Positions 30,520 to 40,790 of a stretch of DNA of 59,871 bases are shown in pieces; positions within the stretch are counted from its first letter, which is position 1, and each line of letters starts with the position of its first letter. The notes beneath the pieces were generated by a model. That model saw only the letters and a list, made by a program, of their open reading frames with translations. It was not told where the DNA came from and did no database searches. Source of the stretch: Dehalococcoidia bacterium (lineage in GTDB: Bacteria > Chloroflexota > Dehalococcoidia > SZUA-161 > SpSt-899); contig JALPXQ010000001.1 of NCBI GenBank assembly GCA_023271515.1, forward strand, positions 1-59,871, read 5' to 3'. Position numbers and translations under genes: made by a program.

Positions 30520-32520
30520 ATAGACGAACTCTGTATCAACACCATACGTTTTCTGGCCATCGATGCTGTCCAGAGGGCAAATTCAGGCCATCCGGGAGCG
30601 CCCATGGGCATGGCGCCGATGGCTTATGTGTTATGGGACAGGTTTCTGAAGCATAATCCCGCCGACCCGAAATGGCCCAACCGGGACCGGTTCATTCTTT
30701 CGGCAGGGCACGCCTCAGCGATGCTCTATGCCCTCCTGTACCTTACGGGATATGAGCTGTCCCTTGAGGAGATCAAGCATTTCCGACAATGGGAAAGCAA
30801 GACCCCGGGGCATCCTGAGTACGGATTAACCCCTGGTGTGGAGGCGACAACGGGACCGCTCGGTCAGGGATTTGCCAATGGCGTGGGTATGGCCATTGCC
30901 GAAAAGATGATGGCACAGCACTACAATCGGCCAGGATATGAGATCATAGACCATTATACCTATGCTATTGTCTCCGATGGGGACCTTATGGAGGGCGTTG
31001 CCTCAGAGGCAGCTTCACTGGCGGGGACTCTTCGCCTGGGTAAGCTCATTTATCTCTACGATGACAACGATATTTCAATCGAAGGGCATACCGATATTAC
31101 CTTCCGGGAGGACGTGGGTAAGCGTTTCGAGGCGTATGGCTGGCACGTCGTAGGACCCATCGACGGCACGGATCTGGATGCAATCGATGATGCCATTCGG
31201 CAAGCACAGGCAGAGAGGGATCGCCCCAGCCTGATCATTTGCAAGACGATTATCGGTTATGGCAGCCCAAGCAAGGCAAACACCGCCAGTGCTCATGGTG
31301 AGCCACTGGGCGAGGCAGAAGTCCTTCTAACCAGGGAGAATTTGGCGTGGCCCTTCAGGGAGCCATTCACCGTGCCGCCGGACGTCCTGGTTCATTTCCG
31401 GCAGGCGCGGGAACGGGGAAAACGGTGGCAACAGGATTGGGAAAGCAAACTGGAGGCTTATCGCCGGGAATTTCCTGAGGCGGCAAGACGCCTGGGGGAA
31501 GACCTGGCGGGGAATCTACCTGACGGTTGGGAGCAGGATCTCGACGATTTGTTCTCCTCTCAGGAAAAGCCGATCTCCACACGCGCAGCATCGGGGCTGA
31601 TCATCAATGCCATTGGATCGAAGGTTCATTCCCTTACCGGCGGTTCGGCAGACCTTGCACCTTCCACCAAGACCATCATGAGAGACCGCGGGCACTATGG
31701 TCCGGAGAACTATGCCGGTCATAACATACACTTCGGCGTCCGCGAGCACGCCATGGGGGCAATCGCCAACGGCATGGCCCTTCACGGCGGCGTGATTCCC
31801 TATACAGCAACCTTCCTCGTTTTTTATGACTATATGCGCCCGCCGGTGCGCCTGGCAGCGATGATGGGGCTGCAAGTGATATATATTTTCACTCACGACT
31901 CTATTGGTGTGGGAGAGGATGGGCCAACACACCAGCCCATCGAGCAACTGATTGGCTTAAGATCGGTGCCAAATCTGGTAACACTGCGTCCTGCCGACGC
32001 CACTGAAACAGCCGAGGCATGGAAGATGGCTCTAAGGCGTCGTCATGGTCCCACGGCTTTAGTTCTCAGCCGTCAGGATCTGCCTTTCTTGGATCGCTCA
32101 ATATTGGCTTCAGCAAGCGGTGTGCAACGTGGCGGATACGTGCTCTGGGAAGCATCCACATCGCCGGAAGTGATCCTCATCGGCACAGGCTCGGAGGTCC
32201 ACATTGCCTTGGAAGCCGGGCGGATATTGCAGGAAAAGGGTGTCCCAGCAAGGGTTGTTTCCCTGCCTTCGTGGGAACTGTTTGATGCTCAACCGGCGGA
32301 GTATCGCAACCAGATTTTGCCGCCTGAAATAAGAGCGCGTATTTCAATCGAGGCCGGTACGCCTCGGGGATGGGAACGATATATCGGTCTGGATGGACTC
32401 GCCATGGGGGTGTCTTGCTTTGGTTCCTCAGCACCGGCAGGGACAATCTACGAGAGGCTGGGTCTGACTGCGAAAGCGGTGGTGGACAAAGCTCTCGCAC
32501 TTCTAGGGGGACGTGATTGA
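30454..32520 (+). CDS. tkt: transketolase
   Basis: SGHPGAPMG and SDGDLMEG motifs, full length. The present start is uncertain: in-frame ATGs at 30427 and 30454 both lie inside the inserted cassette. Confidence 0.9.
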   Translation: MATLCSAQIPSLRSGTSYVRKTIDELCINTIRFLAIDAVQRANSGHPGAPMGMAPMAYVLWDRFLKHNPADPKWPNRDRFILSAGHASAMLYALLYLTGYELSLEEIKHFRQWESKTPGHPEYGLTPGVEATTGPLGQGFANGVGMAIAEKMMAQHYNRPGYEIIDHYTYAIVSDGDLMEGVASEAASLAGTLRLGKLIYLYDDNDISIEGHTDITFREDVGKRFEAYGWHVVGPIDGTDLDAIDDAIRQAQAERDRPSLIICKTIIGYGSPSKANTASAHGEPLGEAEVLLTRENLAWPFREPFTVPPDVLVHFRQARERGKRWQQDWESKLEAYRREFPEAARRLGEDLAGNLPDGWEQDLDDLFSSQEKPISTRAASGLIINAIGSKVHSLTGGSADLAPSTKTIMRDRGHYGPENYAGHNIHFGVREHAMGAIANGMALHGGVIPYTATFLVFYDYMRPPVRLAAMMGLQVIYIFTHDSIGVGEDGPTHQPIEQLIGLRSVPNLVTLRPADATETAEAWKMALRRRHGPTALVLSRQDLPFLDRSILASASGVQRGGYVLWEASTSPEVILIGTGSEVHIALEAGRILQEKGVPARVVSLPSWELFDAQPAEYRNQILPPEIRARISIEAGTPRGWERYIGLDGLAMGVSCFGSSAPAGTIYERLGLTAKAVVDKALALLGGRD

Positions 32521-33011
32521 ATTACACCATATTTGCCACCGGATTTGGCTGGATAGCGGTCGCCGGTTCCGAGCAGGGACTCTCCCGCATTACCCTCCCC
32601 CAGACCAACCGCGAAGAGGCGCTTGGCTACATCGCCGGTCTGGCCCCACAGCCTGTGGCGGATTCATCCTTCTTTGGCGACCTGATTCTCCGGCTTCAGG
32701 GATATTTCAAGGGGGAGAGGGTTGAGTTCCCCGACGCGCTGGATTTGCGCGGCTCTACCCCTTTTCAGAGGAATGTCTGGGCACTAACTCGCGCCATACC
32801 TTACGGGGAGACACGGACATACGGCTGGATAGCAAAAGAGATCGGTCTCCCGCGTGCGGGACGGGCGGTGGGACAAGCGCTGGCCAGGAATCGATTCCCC
32901 ATCGTGGTACCCTGCCATCGGGTAGTTGCCAGTGACGGCTCTCTGGGAGGATTTAGCAACGGACTGGAGACGAAAAGGAGGCTCCTTGCTCTGGAGTCAG
33001 GAGTCATGTAG
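32517..33011 (+). CDS. ogt: methylated-DNA--protein-cysteine methyltransferase
   Basis: PCHRVV active-site motif. TTG start overlaps the tkt stop. Confidence 0.88.
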   Translation: MNYTIFATGFGWIAVAGSEQGLSRITLPQTNREEALGYIAGLAPQPVADSSFFGDLILRLQGYFKGERVEFPDALDLRGSTPFQRNVWALTRAIPYGETRTYGWIAKEIGLPRAGRAVGQALARNRFPIVVPCHRVVASDGSLGGFSNGLETKRRLLALESGVM

Positions 33012-33067
33012 CCTTCCCAAACTGCCTGATTTGACTCCCATGGAAGCAAGTTGCTATAATCCCAAGT

Positions 33068-33907
33068 GTGATCGTAGACTTCCACACTCATATCGTCCCC
33101 CCCGAGATTAAGGAAAGACGCGGAGACCTGGTGCGCCAGGACCCATGCTTTCAAGCCCTTTATTCTGATCCGAAAGTAAACCTTGCCACCGCCGAGGACC
33201 TGATTGCCAGCATGGACCGGGATGCAATCAACGTCTCGGTTGCTCTCAACATCGGTTGGTCGAGCCCGGAGTTGTGCCACAGGACCAACGACTACATCAT
33301 GGAGTCCATAAGCAAGTACCCCGACCGCCTGGTTGGCTTCTGTTCCCTTCAGCCTAAATCCAGAGAGGCAGTATCGGAGATTGAATGCTGTGCCCGAGGT
33401 GGAATCTGGGGCATCGGCGAGCTGATGCCCCACATGCAGGGTTTCGACCTGGGCGACAAAGCCCTGATGTCGCCTGTCGTCGAGGCGGCAGAGGAGCACA
33501 ATATGATCCTTCTCACCCACTCCTCAGAGCCAATAGGGCATATCTACCCCGGAAAGGGCGATGTGCTGCCGGAAACCCTTTATCGGTTCATAACTAATTT
33601 CCCTGACCTGCTTATCGTCTGCGCCCACTGGGGGGGAGGGCTTCCTTTCTATGCCCTGATGCCGGAGGTCGCTCGTGCCCTCCAGAACGTTTTCTTCGAT
33701 ACCGCAGCCTCACCTTTTCTCTATAGAGACGAAATCTTCCCTTGTGTTGCTGAACTCATCGGAGAGGATAGGATTCTCTTCGGCAGCGATTATCCCCTCA
33801 TCACCCAGAGTCGGATTGTCGAATCGCTGCGAAGCTTAAGCATGTCGCAGGAAACCAAGGACAAAATCCTGGGCGAAAACGCCCGCAGGCTTCTGGGACT
33901 TAGCTGA
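33068..33907 (+). CDS. amidohydrolase-family metal-dependent hydrolase
   Basis: MIVDFHTHI start, typical of the TIM-barrel amidohydrolase_2 family. Confidence 0.8.
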   Translation: MIVDFHTHIVPPEIKERRGDLVRQDPCFQALYSDPKVNLATAEDLIASMDRDAINVSVALNIGWSSPELCHRTNDYIMESISKYPDRLVGFCSLQPKSREAVSEIECCARGGIWGIGELMPHMQGFDLGDKALMSPVVEAAEEHNMILLTHSSEPIGHIYPGKGDVLPETLYRFITNFPDLLIVCAHWGGGLPFYALMPEVARALQNVFFDTAASPFLYRDEIFPCVAELIGEDRILFGSDYPLITQSRIVESLRSLSMSQETKDKILGENARRLLGLS

Positions 33908-34503
33908 TGGAACAAATCCGCGCCTTTATCGCTATCGAACTGCCAGATCAGGCTAAGTGCGATCTTTCTCAACTCCTGAATAGCATCAGGCCGGGTCAGG
34001 AAAGAGCCGTAAAATGGGTCAATCCCGATTCGATCCACCTGACACTCAAGTTTCTGGGGAACATTCCTGCTGAGAAGGTGGCTAATATTGCGCGGGCGAT
34101 CGGCGAGGCAGCGGCCGTGGTAAAGCCGTTTACCCTGGAGTTACACGGGCTGGGTGCATTCCCCAGTTTGAGATCTCCCAGAGTGGTTTGGGTCGGAGTT
34201 GGAGGCGATGTGCAACTCATTGTGAACTTGCAGAAGCGGATCGACCAGGTCCTGATTCACCTGGGATTTCCAACTGAACGCCGGGAATTCTCACCGCATC
34301 TTACCCTGGGGCGGCTTCGCGATAAGGCTACCAGCCAGGAGCGGCGGTCTTTGGGGGAGTCAATCAGGTCGATGCGACTTGAGGGCAGTCCGCCATTCCT
34401 GGTGGATGAAGTTTGCTTGATGAGGAGCACCTTAACCAGCGCCGGAGCGATATACCATCGCCTCGCCAGCATTCACTTGACAGAAATCGACAGAACATGT
34501 TAA
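33907..34503 (+). CDS. thpR: RNA 2',3'-cyclic phosphodiesterase (2H family)
   Basis: Two H-x-T-x motifs: HLTLKF and HLTLGR. Confidence 0.85.
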   Translation: MEQIRAFIAIELPDQAKCDLSQLLNSIRPGQERAVKWVNPDSIHLTLKFLGNIPAEKVANIARAIGEAAAVVKPFTLELHGLGAFPSLRSPRVVWVGVGGDVQLIVNLQKRIDQVLIHLGFPTERREFSPHLTLGRLRDKATSQERRSLGESIRSMRLEGSPPFLVDEVCLMRSTLTSAGAIYHRLASIHLTEIDRTC

Positions 34504-34509
34504 GATATA

Positions 34510-34536
34510 TTAGCACTCTCAAAGGGAGAGTGCTAA
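34510..34536 (+). other. perfect 11-bp stem hairpin after thpR
   Basis: TTAGCACTCTC (34510-34520), loop AAAGG, GAGAGTGCTAA (34526-34536). No U-tract follows. Confidence 0.4.
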
Positions 34537-34584
34537 TAGTACGACCATCAGTGAAAGACACATCTTCAAGGAGGCTAAACCGGT

Positions 34585-34863
34585 ATGCCCATCTACGAGT
34601 ACCGATGTATGACCTGCGGTTGCGATTTTGAGATAAGACAAGGATTTGATACCGAACCATTCAGTGTCTGCCCCAGGTGCCGGAACACGGCAAGGCGTAT
34701 CTTCCGCCCCGCCCCGATCATCTTCAAAGGAAGCGGGTTCTACGTCACCGATTATGGCAGTGGATCTTCTACCATGGCTCGAAGCAAGTCAGAAGAAACC
34801 AAAGAGACTGAGACAAAAGCGGAGCCGGCATCCGCAGCAGCATCCAAGCCTGCGGGTGAGTGA
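34585..34863 (+). CDS. FmdB-family zinc-ribbon protein
   Basis: MPIYEYRCMTCG...CPRC. Confidence 0.8.
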   Translation: MPIYEYRCMTCGCDFEIRQGFDTEPFSVCPRCRNTARRIFRPAPIIFKGSGFYVTDYGSGSSTMARSKSEETKETETKAEPASAAASKPAGE

Positions 34864-35306
34864 TGAAAGCTCTTCTACAGCGAGTGTCTCGAGCCTCTGT
34901 GAGTGTCGATGGGCAGATCATCGGCCAGGTCGGGCCGGGGTTGGTTGTCTTCATCGGAGTAGAAATTGGTGATAGCGAAACCGATGCTCGCTACCTGGCG
35001 GAGAAGACCGCCGGGCTGCGCATATTCTCTGATGAAACGAGCAAGTTCAACCTCTCCGCGCTGGATACCAGAGGCGAGATTTTGGTGGTCAGCCAGTTTA
35101 CCTTACTCGCCGATACCAGGAAAGGACGCCGCCCCAGTTTCACTGAAGCTGCCCCACCTGAGACGGCGGAGTCATTGATCGAGAGTTTTGTTCACTTCCT
35201 CCGCTCGGCCGGACTCAGAGTCGAGACGGGACAATTCCAGAAACACATGCTGGTGGAGATCCACAATGATGGCCCGGTGACCATTCCGCTTAGCAGCAAG
35301 AGGTAG
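34860..35306 (+). CDS. dtd: D-aminoacyl-tRNA deacylase
   Basis: MKALLQRV start, SQFTL motif, 148 aa. Confidence 0.92.
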   Translation: MMKALLQRVSRASVSVDGQIIGQVGPGLVVFIGVEIGDSETDARYLAEKTAGLRIFSDETSKFNLSALDTRGEILVVSQFTLLADTRKGRRPSFTEAAPPETAESLIESFVHFLRSAGLRVETGQFQKHMLVEIHNDGPVTIPLSSKR

Positions 35307-35673
35307 GGTTTCCGTCCAGGAGCACTTCAAAACACCCGGTTTCCCCCAAACACTTGAGAGGAGGCGCGAGGTGTGTTATTATTAGTTATGCCAACCAGTT
35401 GCATTATCTTCATGGGTTCGATCACCATCCGGAGAGAATGCCTTAAAGGGTTAGGTGAGGATTGAGGTCACTCAACATGCTCTCTGCTTGTCAACGAGGC
35501 GGCGGTTTTGAGCAATGGCTCTCATGTTCTGCCCCGGTATGGGGGAGGGAGAAGGGCTAGCTTTTAGGGGTTGTCGGTCTCCACTAGTCGACCATCAGTC
35601 ACATTATGAAAAAGATGGAACAGAACAGACAAACGTTAAAATACAAGCTCTGACCCTTCACCAGGGCTTCAAG

Positions 35674-35747
35674 TGGCGCATGGGGGATTCGAACCCCCGA
35701 TCTCCGCCTTGAGAGGGCGGCGTCCTGAACCCCTAGACGAATGCGCC
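35674..35747 (-). tRNA. tRNA-Glu (anticodon CUC)
   Basis: The reverse complement folds by hand into a cloverleaf: acceptor GGCGCAT/ATGCGCC, anticodon stem CCGCC/GGCGG with loop CTCTCAA, T-arm GGGGG-TTCGAAT-CCCCC. No CCA is encoded. Confidence 0.85.
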
Positions 35748-35750
35748 GTC

Positions 35751-35824
35751 TGGCTGGGGAACCAGGATTCGAACCTGGCCTTGTGGATCCAGAGTCCACC
35801 GTCCTACCGCTAGACGATTCCCCA
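35751..35824 (-). tRNA. tRNA-Gln (anticodon CUG)
   Basis: Reverse complement: acceptor TGGGGAA/TTCCCCA, anticodon stem GTGGA/TCCAC with loop CTCTGGA, T-loop GGTTCGAATCC. CCA is encoded. Confidence 0.85.
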
Positions 35825-35840
35825 TCGCCACACGCTATCC

Positions 35841-35869
35841 ATTATAGCCGACCTGGTGGAGGTTGGCAA
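35841..35869 (-). promoter_or_regulatory. sigma-70-like promoter for the tRNA-Gln/tRNA-Glu unit
   Basis: Minus strand reads TTGCCA-N17-TATAAT, ending 16 nt before the tRNA-Gln 5' end. Confidence 0.5.
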
Positions 35870-35896
35870 GTTCCAACGACGTGCCCATTGCAAAGG

Positions 35897-35925
35897 TTGC
35901 ATACCGCGGCAAGTGGTGATAGAAT
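35897..35925 (+). promoter_or_regulatory. sigma-70-like promoter for the dcd-rib operon
   Basis: TTGCAT-N17-TAGAAT with TGA directly upstream of the -10 (extended -10). Lies about 40 nt before the dcd ATG. Confidence 0.4.
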
Positions 35926-35964
35926 GCAGGCGGGGCACTTGTATTCACTTCAGCGAAAATAAGG

Positions 35965-36543
35965 ATGATTCTCAGCGACCGAACTATAAAAGCGGAGATT
36001 GCCCGGGGACGGCTGATCATCGAGCCACTCGACCCGAGCTGCATCCAGCCGGCAAGCGTGGATGTTCGCCTCGATAAAGGACTTCTCATCTGCAGAACGA
36101 AGCGGCATGAACCCTATATTGATCTGAGACAGGGCCTCGATGACCTCAATCAGCTGGTAGAACTTGAGGAGGATGAGCCTTTCCTGCTTGAGGCCGGCGG
36201 ATTTGTATTGGTGAGCACGCTCGAGTTGATCGGCCTTCCCGATGACATCGTGGCCCGACTGGAAGGCAAAAGCTCTCTCGCCAGGATCGGTCTCCTGGCC
36301 CATTCCACCGCTGGCTATGTCGACCCCGGCTGGCGAGGACATCTGACCTTACATGTATCAAACCTGGCTAAATTCCCCGTCACTCTCTACTATGGCATGA
36401 AGATCGGGCAGATTTCTTTCTTGAGACTCACTTCCCCTGCGGAAAACCTTTACGGCTCATCGAAACTAGGCAGCAAATACCAGGGACAAACAGGACCCAC
36501 TGCTAGCAGATACCACCACAATTTCGAGGCGAATCAACAATGA
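35965..36543 (+). CDS. dcd: dCTP deaminase
   Basis: MILSDRTIK start, 192 aa, dUTPase-like fold family. Confidence 0.9.
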   Translation: MILSDRTIKAEIARGRLIIEPLDPSCIQPASVDVRLDKGLLICRTKRHEPYIDLRQGLDDLNQLVELEEDEPFLLEAGGFVLVSTLELIGLPDDIVARLEGKSSLARIGLLAHSTAGYVDPGWRGHLTLHVSNLAKFPVTLYYGMKIGQISFLRLTSPAENLYGSSKLGSKYQGQTGPTASRYHHNFEANQQ

Positions 36544-37622
36544 CTACCGACTATATGCAGCACGCCCTCACCCTGGCAAAGAAAGCTCTGGGGAATGCCA
36601 GTCCTAACCCGGCCGTGGGAGCGGTGGTGGTGAACAACGGGAGGATAGTTGGCGAAGGCTATACCCAGCCCCCGGGAGGCCATCATGCCGAGATAGTCGC
36701 CTTGACGCAAGCCGGAGAGGCGGCCAGTGGGGCCGTAATGTATGTCACCCTCGAACCATGTTGTCACTATGGGCGCACCCCGCCGTGTACCCAGGCAATC
36801 ATCACCAGTGGCATCCAGGAAGTCCACCTGGCGATGCTGGATCCGAATCCTCTGGTATGGGGCAAGGGGAGAGAGCAACTGGAGGCCGGCCGGATCAAGA
36901 CCTATCTCGGCGAATATGAACCCGAGGCGCAAGAGATCAACGAATCCTACACCAAATTCATCACCACGGGCATGCCATTCGTCACCGCCAAGTTCGCCAT
37001 GAGCCTTGATGGGAAGACAGCAACCAGGAGCTTCGACTCCCAGTGGATCAGCAACGATTGGTCAAGGGAATACGTTCATCAGGCTCGCTGGATTACCGAT
37101 GCCATTATGGTCGGCCTCAACACGGTGCTAAGGGACAACCCTCGGCTCACAGCAAGGACCACGGAAGGCGAGAGACATCCACTCAGAGTGATCGTTGATA
37201 GTCATGGCCAGACTCCCCCCGCGGCCAGGGCGCTTCAACCCCCGGGCAGAGCGCTGATAGCCACCACGACGGCGATAGAGCTCATCCGGGCGAATCAATA
37301 TGCCGATATGGGCGCCGAGGTATTGACGCTCCCACCCAGGGATGGACTGGTCGATCTCGACAAGCTGCTTAAGGCACTTGGGAAAAGAGAGATCACCAGC
37401 GTGCTGGTGGAGGGTGGAGGCCTGCTCCTGGGCTCATTATTCGATCTTGGACTCGTGGATAAGGTCCTGGTTTTCATCGCCCCGATTATTGTCGGGGGCA
37501 GAGAGGCGATTACCGCAGTGGCTGGTGAGGGCGTGGCATCAATGGCGGAGGCTCTACGATTGAAGCAGATTAGGATAGAGCGGCTCGGGGATGATATAAT
37601 GGTTAGCGGATATACCAGGTGA
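36540..37622 (+). CDS. ribD: bifunctional riboflavin biosynthesis deaminase/reductase RibD
   Basis: HAEI and LEPCCHYGRTPPC deaminase motifs plus a reductase C-terminal domain. Confidence 0.93.
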   Translation: MTTDYMQHALTLAKKALGNASPNPAVGAVVVNNGRIVGEGYTQPPGGHHAEIVALTQAGEAASGAVMYVTLEPCCHYGRTPPCTQAIITSGIQEVHLAMLDPNPLVWGKGREQLEAGRIKTYLGEYEPEAQEINESYTKFITTGMPFVTAKFAMSLDGKTATRSFDSQWISNDWSREYVHQARWITDAIMVGLNTVLRDNPRLTARTTEGERHPLRVIVDSHGQTPPAARALQPPGRALIATTTAIELIRANQYADMGAEVLTLPPRDGLVDLDKLLKALGKREITSVLVEGGGLLLGSLFDLGLVDKVLVFIAPIIVGGREAITAVAGEGVASMAEALRLKQIRIERLGDDIMVSGYTR

Positions 37623-37626
37623 TGCC

Positions 37627-38250
37627 ATGTTCACCGGAATCGTTGAGGAATTAGGTAGAATCAGGGCTGTGGGAAAGGGTCAGCTTACTGTCGCCGCTCA
37701 AAAGGCATTGGATGGCACCGAGCCGGGAGATAGCATTGCGGTTAATGGGGCTTGCCTCACGGTGATCGCTGTGGGGGATGGAGCTTTCTCCGTCGAGGTC
37801 ATGCCGGAGACCCTGCGTCGCACCAATTTAGGGAACTTGCACCTCGGTGAGACAGTCAATCTGGAGAGGGCCCTGGCAGTGGGTGGTCGCCTCGGCGGAC
37901 ATTTTGTCCAGGGCCATGTTGATGGCACAGGAAGGATTCTTTCGATGACACCCGAGGGCGAGTCGGTTCTAATGAAGATCTCCGCTTCATCGGAGGTAAT
38001 GCACTATCTGGTGGAAAAGGGGTTCATCGCCGTGGACGGCGTCAGTCTCACCATTATCGAGCGAGATGCTACTTCTTTCAGCGTCTCACTGGTGACCTTT
38101 ACCCGGCAAAATACCACGCTAGGAGGCAAACGGCTGGGCGATCCGGTGAACCTGGAAGTTGACATCATCGCCAAGTATGTGGAACGGTTGGCAGGCCGAG
38201 ACAGGCCGGAAATCACCCCCGAATTTCTGGCGGAGCATGGCTTCATGTAG
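37627..38250 (+). CDS. ribE: riboflavin synthase
   Basis: MFTGIVEE start and a duplicated lumazine-binding half. Confidence 0.93.
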   Translation: MFTGIVEELGRIRAVGKGQLTVAAQKALDGTEPGDSIAVNGACLTVIAVGDGAFSVEVMPETLRRTNLGNLHLGETVNLERALAVGGRLGGHFVQGHVDGTGRILSMTPEGESVLMKISASSEVMHYLVEKGFIAVDGVSLTIIERDATSFSVSLVTFTRQNTTLGGKRLGDPVNLEVDIIAKYVERLAGRDRPEITPEFLAEHGFM

Positions 38251-38342
38251 CTATGCTGCAACAGCACCACTGAGTTCCTTGATGCGGCATAATAAATATC
38301 GGAAGTTTTAAGTGCTGAAGGCTAATTTAGGAGGCTCATGAC

Positions 38343-39545
38343 ATGGCACTGGCTACCATCAGGGAGGCAATTGAGGACCTGAAATCTGGGAAATTCATTA
38401 TCGTGGTTGATGATGAAGGGCGTGAGAACGAGGGAGACATTATTGTCGCCGCGGAGAAAGTCACGCCGGAGGCGATCAATTTTATGGCTAAACATGCCCG
38501 AGGGTTGATCTGCGTGCCGATGAATGGTAAGAGGCTCGATGAACTCAGGATACCGTTGATGGTTCGGGAGAACACCGCGCCATTTGATAGCGCCTTCACC
38601 GTATCCGTTGAGGCAAGGCACAAGGTGACCACCGGCATTTCAGCCCACGATCGGGCGACCACGGTGAAAGTGCTCATCGACCCCACCACCAGGCCCGATG
38701 ATATCGTATCTCCCGGTCACATGTTTCCACTGCGCGCTAGAGAAGGCGGCGTTCTGGTGCGGGCGGGCCACACCGAGGCAGCGGTCGACCTCGCCAGGCT
38801 GGCCGGCCTCTATCCCGCGGCGGTGATATGCGAAGTAATGAATGATGATGGCACCATGGCCCGCCTGCCGGATCTGGAGAGGCTGGCAACCGAGTATGGG
38901 TTCAAGATTGTGAGTGTAGCTCAACTGATTGCTTATCGGCGGCGGCACGACACGTTGGTAAAACGGGTAGCAGAGGCCAGGCTACCTACGGCGTATGGTG
39001 AATTCACTGCCATTGCATACCGCAGCGTTATCGACTCTGATGAGCACGTTGCCCTGGTCAAGGGTGAAGTTGACGGAGATGAACCGATATTAGTCCGGGT
39101 GCACAGCGAGTGCCTTACCGGCGATGTCTTCGGCAGCCTTCGTTGCGACTGCGGCAAGCAAATCCCTATGGCCATGGAGGCCATTGCGAGTGAGGGGAGG
39201 GGAGTTTTTCTCTATATGCGCCAGGAAGGTCGGGGCATCGGATTGCACAACAAGATTAAAGCCTACGCCCTTCAGGATCAGGGGATGGATACCGTGGAGG
39301 CTAACGAGGAGCTGGGCTTCCCGCCGGACCTTCGAGAGTATGGCATCGGCGCTCAGATTCTGGTTGACCTCGGGGTGCGCAACATGAGGCTACTCACTAA
39401 CAACCCCAAGAAGGTTATCGGCCTGGGCAGCTACGGCTTGCGGGTAGTTGAGACCCTGCCTATTATGGCCCCGACGACCCCTGAGAACGTGCATTATCTG
39501 GAAACCAAGCGGGAGAAGCTGGGGCACCTGATCAATGTCGGTTAA
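38343..39545 (+). CDS. ribBA: bifunctional 3,4-dihydroxy-2-butanone-4-phosphate synthase / GTP cyclohydrolase II
   Basis: DDEGRENEGD and ECLTGDVFGSLRCDCG motifs. Confidence 0.95.
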   Translation: MALATIREAIEDLKSGKFIIVVDDEGRENEGDIIVAAEKVTPEAINFMAKHARGLICVPMNGKRLDELRIPLMVRENTAPFDSAFTVSVEARHKVTTGISAHDRATTVKVLIDPTTRPDDIVSPGHMFPLRAREGGVLVRAGHTEAAVDLARLAGLYPAAVICEVMNDDGTMARLPDLERLATEYGFKIVSVAQLIAYRRRHDTLVKRVAEARLPTAYGEFTAIAYRSVIDSDEHVALVKGEVDGDEPILVRVHSECLTGDVFGSLRCDCGKQIPMAMEAIASEGRGVFLYMRQEGRGIGLHNKIKAYALQDQGMDTVEANEELGFPPDLREYGIGAQILVDLGVRNMRLLTNNPKKVIGLGSYGLRVVETLPIMAPTTPENVHYLETKREKLGHLINVG

Positions 39546-39579
39546 GAAACCTCATTAACCATCACACAAGGAGGGAGTT

Positions 39580-40044
39580 TTGGGTAAACGATACGAAGGC
39601 ATGCTGCTAGGAGAGGGCTTAAGGTTTGGTCTCGTTGTTTCCCGATTCAATGAATTCATCACCTCTAAGCTCCTGGAGGGGGCCCAGGATGCCCTTTCCC
39701 GTCACGGAGTCAGGGAAGAGGACATCGAGCTCGCCTGGACCCCGGGCTCCTTTGAGATTCCCCTGGTGGCCAAGAAGATGGCCGAGACGGGGAAGTACGA
39801 CGCGGTTGTTTGTTTGGGCACGGTGATTCGCGGGGGAACACCGCACTTCGACTACATCGCCGCCGAGGTGAGCAGGGGTATCGCCAGCGTAGGACTGGAG
39901 GTGGGAATACCGCTGATCTTCGGAATCATCACCGCCGATACCCTGGACCAGGCCATTGAGCGGGCAGGGACAAAGATGGGGAATGCGGGCTTCAATGCCG
40001 CAATGAATGCCATAGAGATGGCTAACCTGCTCAAATCGCTCTGA
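39580..40044 (+). CDS. ribH: 6,7-dimethyl-8-ribityllumazine synthase
   Basis: [13 protein letters not shown] motif, 154 aa. Confidence 0.95.
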   Translation: MGKRYEGMLLGEGLRFGLVVSRFNEFITSKLLEGAQDALSRHGVREEDIELAWTPGSFEIPLVAKKMAETGKYDAVVCLGTVIRGGTPHFDYIAAEVSRGIASVGLEVGIPLIFGIITADTLDQAIERAGTKMGNAGFNAAMNAIEMANLLKSL

Positions 40045-40076
40045 GTAGGCTACGAGAATCCAATGGCCTCTCACGG

Positions 40077-40352
40077 CTAATCGGTGACTTTGTAGACCTT
40101 ATCGCCGCGCCTGACTCGATCCGGCACTTTGATACCAATGGAATCCCCCGCTTTCCCTTCCTGCACATCTGCGTTATCAATCTGCATGGACTCGACGACG
40201 AGCTCAAGATCGGTGGTGTGCCCCTCGATATGGAGCTTATCCCCTACCTTGATTGACGCTGTCAGATCGATCCCTGCGACTACCGGCCTGGCAAAAAAGG
40301 TACTGACAATCCCGACTTCCACTTCTGCCATCTCTGGTTCCTCCTTATGCAA
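40077..40352 (-). CDS. small beta-barrel protein resembling EF-Tu domain 2
   Basis: 91 aa. GDKLHIEG...GDSIGIKV pattern. Function unknown. Confidence 0.5.
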   Translation of the reverse strand: MHKEEPEMAEVEVGIVSTFFARPVVAGIDLTASIKVGDKLHIEGHTTDLELVVESMQIDNADVQEGKAGDSIGIKVPDRVRRGDKVYKVTD

Positions 40353-40427
40353 TTAGCTCATCTCTCCTTATGAGAAAGTCTAGCATTTGGTGGGCACTGA
40401 CGTCAAGTTATGGGGCGGCCACCCAAG

Positions 40428-40456
40428 TTGACAAATAATCCCGTCTGTGCTATTAT
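40428..40456 (+). promoter_or_regulatory. strong sigma-70-like promoter of the ATPase operon
   Basis: TTGACA-N17-TATTAT with TGC immediately upstream of the -10. Ends 16 nt before ATG 40473. Confidence 0.5.
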
Positions 40457-40472
40457 ACCTAGGGGTATTGGT

Positions 40473-40790
40473 ATGGCTGATGAGAAAATGACCGGGACTG
40501 TAGAGACAATCGAGGCTGAGGCCGAGAGAGTGCTCGCCGCAGCCCGGGACAAAGCCAGGGAAATCCTCCTCAAGTCACGAGAGGAAGGAGCTCAAATTCT
40601 TTCATCGAAAGGCGATATGAGCGAGATTCGGGAGGAATGCGAGAGCATTAAGCAGAGGGCCAGGGCAGAAGCGGAGAGAAGGGCAAGGGAGTATAATGAG
40701 GAGGCTTCCAGGATAAGAGCAAATGCTACCACCAGGATAGAGGGGATTGTCAAAGAGATAGCCAGTATCGTAGCCGGGGAGAAAGCGTGA
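40473..40790 (+). CDS. atpH: A/V-type ATPase subunit H
   Basis: Small, highly charged coiled-coil protein (AEAERVLAAARDKAREIL...) at the first position of the operon. Start chosen downstream of the promoter. Confidence 0.6.
   Translation: MADEKMTGTVETIEAEAERVLAAARDKAREILLKSREEGAQILSSKGDMSEIREECESIKQRARAEAERRAREYNEEASRIRANATTRIEGIVKEIASIVAGEKA

Noticed and set aside
35307-35673. A 366-bp ORF-poor gap holding ORF 35515-35712 and a GGGTTCGATCACC stretch (about 35413-35425) that looks like a tRNA T-arm. Considered as a tRNA fragment or island att site.
   Set aside because: No acceptor or anticodon arms can be built around it. The ORF overlaps tRNA-Glu and looks non-coding.
35826-35964. FMN riboswitch expected upstream of the rib operon. 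Also checked 38251-38342.
   Set aside because: ribD overlaps dcd. The only leaders are short and show no FMN-element-like conserved helices that I can recognise.
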